64,000 nt of DNA from Planktothrix sp. GU0601_MAG3 (GTDB lineage Bacteria; Cyanobacteriota; Cyanobacteriia; Cyanobacteriales; Microcoleaceae): contig CP136572.1 in NCBI GenBank assembly GCA_035193785.1, positions 3,540,578-3,604,577 on the forward strand, in the 5' to 3' direction. Below, piece by piece: positions 56,983 to 64,000 of the stretch. The position numbers were made by a program, and so were the translations under genes. Numbering within the stretch: the stretch's first letter is position 1; every line of letters begins with the position of its first letter. The notes beneath the pieces were generated by a model. The model was not told the origin of the DNA. It was given only the letters and a program-made list of their open reading frames with translations, and did not search any database.

Positions 56983-59900
56983 TCACGATTTAGAATTTAA
57001 GGGAAACTGTTTCAGACTAGCATTTAACAAGGTATGAATTTCCCGCAACAGGTCTTCACCGCTATAACTGCCTTTCTGAAGAATTTGCTCCACATAGCCC
57101 CGTAATTGCATCCATTCTGTGGGGGTTAATTCCGCCGCCGTAATTACGATAATTGGGATATTCGCCCACTGTTCGGCTCTGTGAAGGTCGTGGATCAACT
57201 CAAAACCACTTTTTTTGGGAAGAACTAAATCAAGTAGAATCAGTCTAGGCGGTGACTGCTGGATCAGTTGTAATGCTACCTCGCCATCGGTCGCCTCTTG
57301 AACTATCCAACCCTGTCGCTGTAATAATCCGCGTAACATTTGTCGGATGATGGGATCATCTTCAACAACTAAAATGTGATTAGCCAGGGGTAGAATATCC
57401 CGTTTCCGATCCGGTTGATACTTATTCAGTAAAGTAGCCAGACGCTTCCCATCAAAAGGTTTTGTCAGATAGTCCGATGCACCTAAAGCAAACCCTCGAT
57501 TTTTATTGCTGATGAACGATAGGACGATCACTGGAATCTCAGCTAGATTGGGATCGGCTTTTAATGTTGATAATACTGCCCAACCGCTCATTTTTGGTAG
57601 GATTATATCTAAAATTACGGCATCGGGACGCAGTTCTTGGACGCGCTGAAGTCCTTCTTCTCCTGTTGCTGCGGTTTCTACCTGCATTCCGGCTCGAATT
57701 AGCGATCGCTCGATTAAATTCCGAGTATCGGGATCATCATCAATGATTAAGATCCTTGCCGATGAACTATTAACTGTCAAGGTAGGTTCAACCCAGATTA
57801 AATCTTCTTCTATCAAAGGTTTCCTCGAGTTCGGGTTGCAAAGTCGGATTTTCCGATTCTGAGAATAGGGATTGAACCCAGAGGGGCAAATAGACGGTAA
57901 AGGTGGAACCCTTGGACGGTTCACTATTCACGCTAATCGAACCCTGCATCATTTGACAGAAGCGTTGACTGATGGTGAGTCCTAATCCAGTTCCCCCATA
58001 ACGGCGAGTGGTGGAGGCGTCCCCTTGGGTAAAGGGTTCAAATAGTTGTTTTTGTTGTTCGGGGGTAATGCCAATCCCGGTATCTCGAACTTGGAAAGCA
58101 ATATAGCCGGATTTGGGATCGACGCTCAGATCCGGGGGGTGAACCTCTCCCCAGGGTAGGGTTTGGGCTAGACAAATATTCAGGGTAATTTGGCCATCTG
58201 AGGTGAATTTAGCCGCATTACTAATCAAGTTCAACAAGACCTGTCGGACTTTGGTTAAATCGGCAAGCATGGTGCTGGGGGTATGGGGGGCATAGTGGAT
58301 GTCCAATGTATTTCTATTTTGATCCACCAGTGGTTGGGCCGTGGCGACGACACTTTCAATTAACATCGGAATCTCAAAGGTTTCTAAATACAAATCCATG
58401 CGCCCCGCTTCTATTTTAGAAATATCTAAAATATCATTAATCAAAGATAGCAAGTTACGTCCAGCACTACGAATCCGCTCTAAATCGGGAACAATATCTT
58501 CATAGCCCGAGTCTCCGGCTTCCTCTGCCAAAATCTCACTATAGCCAATAATCGCATTTAAAGGAGTGCGGAGTTCGTGGCTCATATTGGCTAAAAAGCT
58601 ACTTTTGGCTCGGTTGGCGGCCACGGCGGCTTCCTTGGCTTGTTTCAGGGCTTCTGCGGCCTGTTTACTTTCGGTAATATCTTCGACCGTGCCTTCAAAA
58701 CAGAGGAGTTGTCCGGTTTTTTGATCCCGAACAGCCCGGGCATTTTCTGAGATCCAAATGATACTTCCATCCCGGCGATAAACTCGGGATTCAAACCCCG
58801 ACACTGAATTATTGTTTTTAATTTCTGCGATAAATTCGCTTCGGCGGTGAGGATTAATATATAATTGATCACCAAGATTTGTGATGGTTCGTAATAAATC
58901 CCCCGGGGAATTATAGCCTAAAATTCTTGCCAATGCCGGGTTAGCACTGAGGTATTTCCCTTCTGGAGTGGTTTGACAAATTCCCTCGGCGGCATTTTCA
59001 AAAATACTGCGATATTTGGCTTCAGTTTGTCGTAAAAATTCTTCAGTTTGTTGGCGTTTCAATGGCATTAGAAAACATTTCTCCTACCATTTTCAAGAGG
59101 GCAATATTGTCCGATGACCAGGTATAACTAGAATAGATAGAATCAAATCGCAGAAAGCCCACCAGGGCGCGACGACAGACTAACGGAACTAGAATAATGG
59201 ATGCAATTGCCGGTGAAGTATCGGTTTCGCAGTAGGATGATAATTCTAAACTTTGATGAAATTGTCGTAAATATTCTAAATCCTTTATTGCTTCCGGGGG
59301 TAAATCTTGAATGGCTAGATAAATATTTTCATAGCGGTTGAGTTGTTTTTCCAACCAAGGAATATCACAAAGGTAAAGTTTTGAGGGTAATATTTTCTTT
59401 AATAAATTGGTTAATCTGGAGTTGTCTCCTAAGCCAAGATTGGGACTTTTGCTGGCTAACCACTGATAGACCGAATTCATCTGGATTTCCTGATCGGCGA
59501 ATAAATATAAATAGCTTTGTTCCACCCCAATAAATATACTAATGCGTTCTAAAGCCTGTTGAATGCCATTTTCAATGCCATCGGTGGTTAAACTAATAAA
59601 GTGAGTCGATAAATTAGTAATTAATTGTTCAAATTCCACCCGATATTGCAGGGCTTTTTCCACTCGTTTCCGTTGGGTAATATCTCGAAAACTCCAAACT
59701 CTACCGACTAATTTTTCCCCAATTTGGGAAGGATGGGAATATAACTCAAAAATTCTGCCATCTTTGAACTCTACCACATCATAAGTTGGGGTTTGCGGTT
59801 CCGAAGAAAGCTGCATTACTGTTTTGAGAAATCGAGGCGGATCTTTTAATTGTCTTAACACAAAGGCTAGGGCAGATTGATCATGGGGAGGTTTAAATAG

Positions 59901-60653
59901 GGTGGTGGGAACTTGCCACATTTCCACGAATTTCTGATTAAAATTTAAGATTTTTCCCGTGCGATCAACGGCTAAAATTCCGGCATCGGTGGAATCAAAA
60001 GTTGCTCTTAATAGAGAGAGCGATCGTTCGGCTTCTAACTGGGCTTGTTTGCGTTCCGTAATGTCTAAAAACACCAAGACGGCTCCGATAAAAGTGTTTT
60101 GTTCTAAAATCGGAGTTAATACATAGGAAACGGGTAAAATACTACCATCGGCACAGAGAAATTGATCGTCACTGGATTTGATTGGTTCCAGCAGGGAGGT
60201 CAAATCTCCGGGGGTGGTAGCGAATTCGGTCATCTGTTGAAACCAATCTAAGGATAACTGCGATCGCCCTCCAATCCACTCTAAAATAGGGTTTCCGACT
60301 AATTCGACTTCCGACCATCCTAGGAGCCTTTCGGCCTCGGGATTCATTGATAACAAACGGCCCAGGGGATTTAAAATACATAACCCCGCCCCGAGGGAAC
60401 TAATCACCGATTTGGCTCGATTCCGTTCAGCTTGTAAACGGGCTTCTGATTCTTGAGTTTGTTGGTTATATAATTCCAACATTTCCCGGGAAGATAGGGT
60501 GAGGGAGCGCTCGATTAAATTTCGTTCCCGATCCGCTTCATTGTAGCTATGGTTAACCACTTCCAGAAATTCTTGCCATGTAGCGATATCAACCGGAGGA
60601 GTTTGTTGATCAAGACCCAGACGTTTGAGTTGGCGTTGGAGCGCGTAGTGCAT
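56983..60653 (-). CDS. Multi-PAS/GAF hybrid histidine kinase with two receiver domains (apparent frameshifts at 57819-57823 and 59056-59060)
   Basis: Three PAS (DITERK-type ends), GAF-like region, [25 protein letters not shown], two REC domains. Confidence 0.92.
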
Positions 60654-60788
60654 AGAATTTCGGGGTTGAAGAAGTCGGGATGCGGTCAGGGAAAAACGCA
60701 GCTAGGGGGGCTAGTTTTCCCCATGTTTTTTTTGGGGTAACGGATCTAGTTTAGCTTCTGGAATTAGCAAGTCATCAAAAATAAAAAA

Positions 60789-61889
60789 TTAGTTCCCGGA
60801 CGATACCCCATCAACCGGGTCAGAACTTTCTCCTTGTTGTTCAGCGATTAATTTGGGTTGTAAATACAGATTTTCAACTAATGCCGCCACTCCCGCAAAC
60901 CAGGGGGGTACAATTAATGCACCCAGAATCCCGAGAACTTGTACCCCGCCCAGAACGGATAAAAGCTGATACAACGGGTGAATTCCAACGGAGGAACCAA
61001 CTAACAAAGGATCGAGAATGTAGGCTTCAATATTTTGAATAATTCCATATAATAATAAAACCCAAACTACTAAAAATCCACCTTTGGCTACGGCTACAAT
61101 TAAGGCAGGAATTGCCCCTAAAATTGGGCCCAAAAAGGGGATTAAATTGGTGACTCCAGCGATCGCGCCTAAACCAATGGCAAAGTCTTTTAATCCTAAA
61201 AATCCTAACGCCGTTGTGGTGACAATCCCCAAAATTGCCGAGACTAAAATTCGGCCGCGAATATAACCCCCCATCCGTTGACTAATGGGGTTAACTTGGG
61301 CGGCTAATCTTTCATTCCAAGGATAGGGGAAAAATTGAATTAAACTATGAATTAGGGTTTTACTATCAGCCACCATATAGCCCGAAATAAATAGTGCTAA
61401 AATTAAACTGGCGACCCCGCCCACAATTCCCCGGGTGATACCATAGGAGCGTAAAATCAATTGTTGACTCGAACGAATCACCCAACTGGTTAGGGATTGA
61501 CTATCAATTAATTGTTCAATAAAAGCGGAGGTATCTGCTCCTAATCGACCCGCTAAATCCGTTGTAATTCCAATTATTTTTTCTGCAAAAATCGGAGATT
61601 GACGCACTAATAAGGTAATTTGATCCACAACCGCCGGCCCAATTACTAATCCAAATCCTGTTAATCCGGCAATTAAGGTTAGATAAACTAAAACCACAGA
61701 TAACCATCGAGGAACCTGTTTTGTTTCTGCCCAATTGACAATAGGAACAATAGAAGCAGCTAAAACTACAGAAATCATTAATAGGACGATTAAAGCTCGA
61801 ATTTGCCAAAGCAAAATAAGTAAGAATACTGATGCTAAAATCAGCAGCAGACTAGAGAGGGAAAATGAAATACGTCGTTCAGATTTCAT
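60789..61889 (-). CDS. AI-2E family transporter
   Basis: NLIPFLGP, IQNIEAYILDP, GILGALIVPP. Confidence 0.9.
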   Translation of the reverse strand: MKSERRISFSLSSLLLILASVFLLILLWQIRALIVLLMISVVLAASIVPIVNWAETKQVPRWLSVVLVYLTLIAGLTGFGLVIGPAVVDQITLLVRQSPIFAEKIIGITTDLAGRLGADTSAFIEQLIDSQSLTSWVIRSSQQLILRSYGITRGIVGGVASLILALFISGYMVADSKTLIHSLIQFFPYPWNERLAAQVNPISQRMGGYIRGRILVSAILGIVTTTALGFLGLKDFAIGLGAIAGVTNLIPFLGPILGAIPALIVAVAKGGFLVVWVLLLYGIIQNIEAYILDPLLVGSSVGIHPLYQLLSVLGGVQVLGILGALIVPPWFAGVAALVENLYLQPKLIAEQQGESSDPVDGVSSGN

Positions 61890-62141
61890 AGATTTGCTGT
61901 GAGCTATTCTCCGGGGTGGATACGGATAAAAAACTATATTTTAATTCTATTCACTTTCTTGATTTAGTCTAATCATTACCGGAACATTCGTCAAGAGAAA
62001 TTATCTATTAATCTGTTATTAACTATCTGATAATTGTTAAATGGGGAGACGGGGGGGATTCTATGAGAAATGGGCAATGATGGTTTGTTTTTTTGAGTGT
62101 TATAATAACTAATTCCAGGAAAAGAGGAGAAATTTTTATCT

Positions 62142-64000
62142 ATGAAAATTCATGTTGAAGGTTGGCGTTTTATTCCCCATGCCTATAGTATCGCCAATCA
62201 ATTCCAACTTTTGGAAACTGTCCAAGCGATCGCCCTTAGAAATAACCCATCAAGATATTGCCGGATTAAAACCCCAATGGCAACATTTAAACGGATTATT
62301 TCCATCGGAATTAGAAACCCAGTTACAACAAATTCCTCAAGCTATTAATCCCTCAGTTGATATTACTATCCGTCTTTATAAACCCTTTAATTTTAACTCA
62401 TCTAACAGTCAAAAAACCCTTGTCTATGCAACGGCTCCTTGGGGAATTTTAATTGATTCTTCCCCGCAACTTAAACCCCTATTTCACTTAAAAAATCTAA
62501 TAATTAATCCCGATGTTACTATAATTACTCCCTCCCAATGGTCACGGGAAGGACTGATCCGCAGTGGTCTAAATTCTCAACAGGTAAAGGTTATTCCTTG
62601 GGGTGTTGATCCCAAAATTTATTATCCCCTAACTGAAACAGAAAGAATCCAATTAAGAAAACAATGGGGATGGGAAGATTATTTTATCTTTTTTCATGTT
62701 GGAAGTTTACAGAATCAAGATGGAATTAAACCAATTTTAAGAGCTTTTTCTAGTATTATAGAAAAATATCCCCAGGCGCGATTAGTTTTAAAAGGATCGG
62801 ATTCTTTCCATGACTCTAACCATTGGTTAAATAGTGCTAGTAAACAGGTATTAACCGAGGAAGAAGTTAGTAAAGTTAAACAGCGAGTTGCCTATTTTAA
62901 TCAAACCCTATCCTGTACATCCCTAGCCCAACTTTACCAAATTTCCGATGCTTATTTAGCGGTGGATATTGCTACGGCTTTTAATTTATCCGTATTAGAA
63001 GCAGCCGCATCGGGACTACCGATTATTTATACTGCTGGAGGAGCAACTGAGGAAATTATTAATCCAGAGTTTACCCTAACAATAGATACTCGATTTAAAA
63101 CTAAAATTATTCAAAATCAAAGCCAATTCTTTCTACATCCAAATTGGAACCATCTGGCGGAATTAATGCAGGAAGCCATAGATAATTCCACCTGGCGAGA
63201 ACAGGCTAGAAAAACTGCACCCGACTGGGTTAATCAACATTATACCTGGAAACATACCGTTGATCAACTCTTAGAAGTTTGCCAAGATCAAACAGCAATA
63301 TCCTGGGCAAATCCTATCAGTCAAGATTCTGTTTCTTTATCTTCTCCCCACAGTATTATTGTCGAAGGATGGCGAGATATTCCCCATTCCTATTCCTTTA
63401 TTAACAGTTATCAACTGTTGGAAATGGTCAAATATCCGGCGTTAAAAGTTTTTCATAAAGATATTCAATATGTCACCTCCGACTGGAAACCCAGCAAACA
63501 TTTATTAAGTGCTGAAGCCGAAGATTTATTAGACCGAATTCCGGTTCCTGAAACCGAACAACAAGCGGATGTCACCCTGCGGGTTTATTGTCCCTTTAAT
63601 TTAACAGCTTCCGCTAGTAAAAAAACCGCAATTTTTGGCTGTACAGAATGGGGAATTGTGCCACGTTCTATTTTAAATGGTATGAAAATTGAATGTTTTA
63701 GAGAAGCCCATCGCCATTCTGATACCTTAATTATTACGTCTTCCCATTGGTCGAGGGAAGGATTTATTCGCAGTGGGGCTGTTCCTGAACGGGTGGTGGT
63801 GATTCCTTTAGGAATTGACCCTAATATTTATCATCCTTTACCCGAAGAAAAACGACAGGAACTCAGAAAAATATTTGGCTGGAATGATTGTTTTATCTTC
63901 CTAAATATTGGGGTAATGTGGAATGAACGTCAGGGAATTGATCGAATTTTAAAAGCCTTCGCCCAGATTACAGAAAACTATCCCCAAGCTCGATTAGTAT
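62142..64000 (+). CDS. Tandem-domain glycosyltransferase family 4, runs off the window (apparent frameshift at 62214-62218)
   Basis: After removing one A the frame is open; ITPSQWSREG, VIPWGVDP, FNLSVLEAAASG; second module starts ~63352 with IIVEGWRDIPHSYS. Confidence 0.85.

Overview
A 64 kb chromosomal window from a filamentous cyanobacterium. It is probably Oscillatoriales and Planktothrix-like; this is inferred from abundant HIP1 GCGATCGC sites, chlD, ftrC, a PEP-CTERM protein and heptamer repeats. Most genes are housekeeping or signalling genes: pyrG, ddl, ftrC, pilT, chlD, tRNA-Asn, argG, sodB, gatA, secG, gpmI, nanE, rimO-crhR, glycosyltransferases, two hybrid histidine kinases, an MCP and a REC-adenylate cyclase. 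Small accessory inserts are interspersed: a solo tnpB IS element, two ABC-ATPase/TOPRIM modules, two toxin-antitoxin pairs, a fused methyltransferase-nuclease, IS630 relics, and several REP-like and composite tandem-repeat families. The strongest hidden signal concerns the frameshifts. All 32 apparent frameshifts I traced (one less certain), many in essential genes, are an extra A or T at GAAC/GTTC, read as GAAAC/GTTTC. This looks like a systematic base-calling error caused by a DNA modification. GAAC/GTTC is the known Dnd phosphorothioate motif, so the assembly errors may be an imprint of the epigenome. CDS coordinates below are for the rejoined genes.
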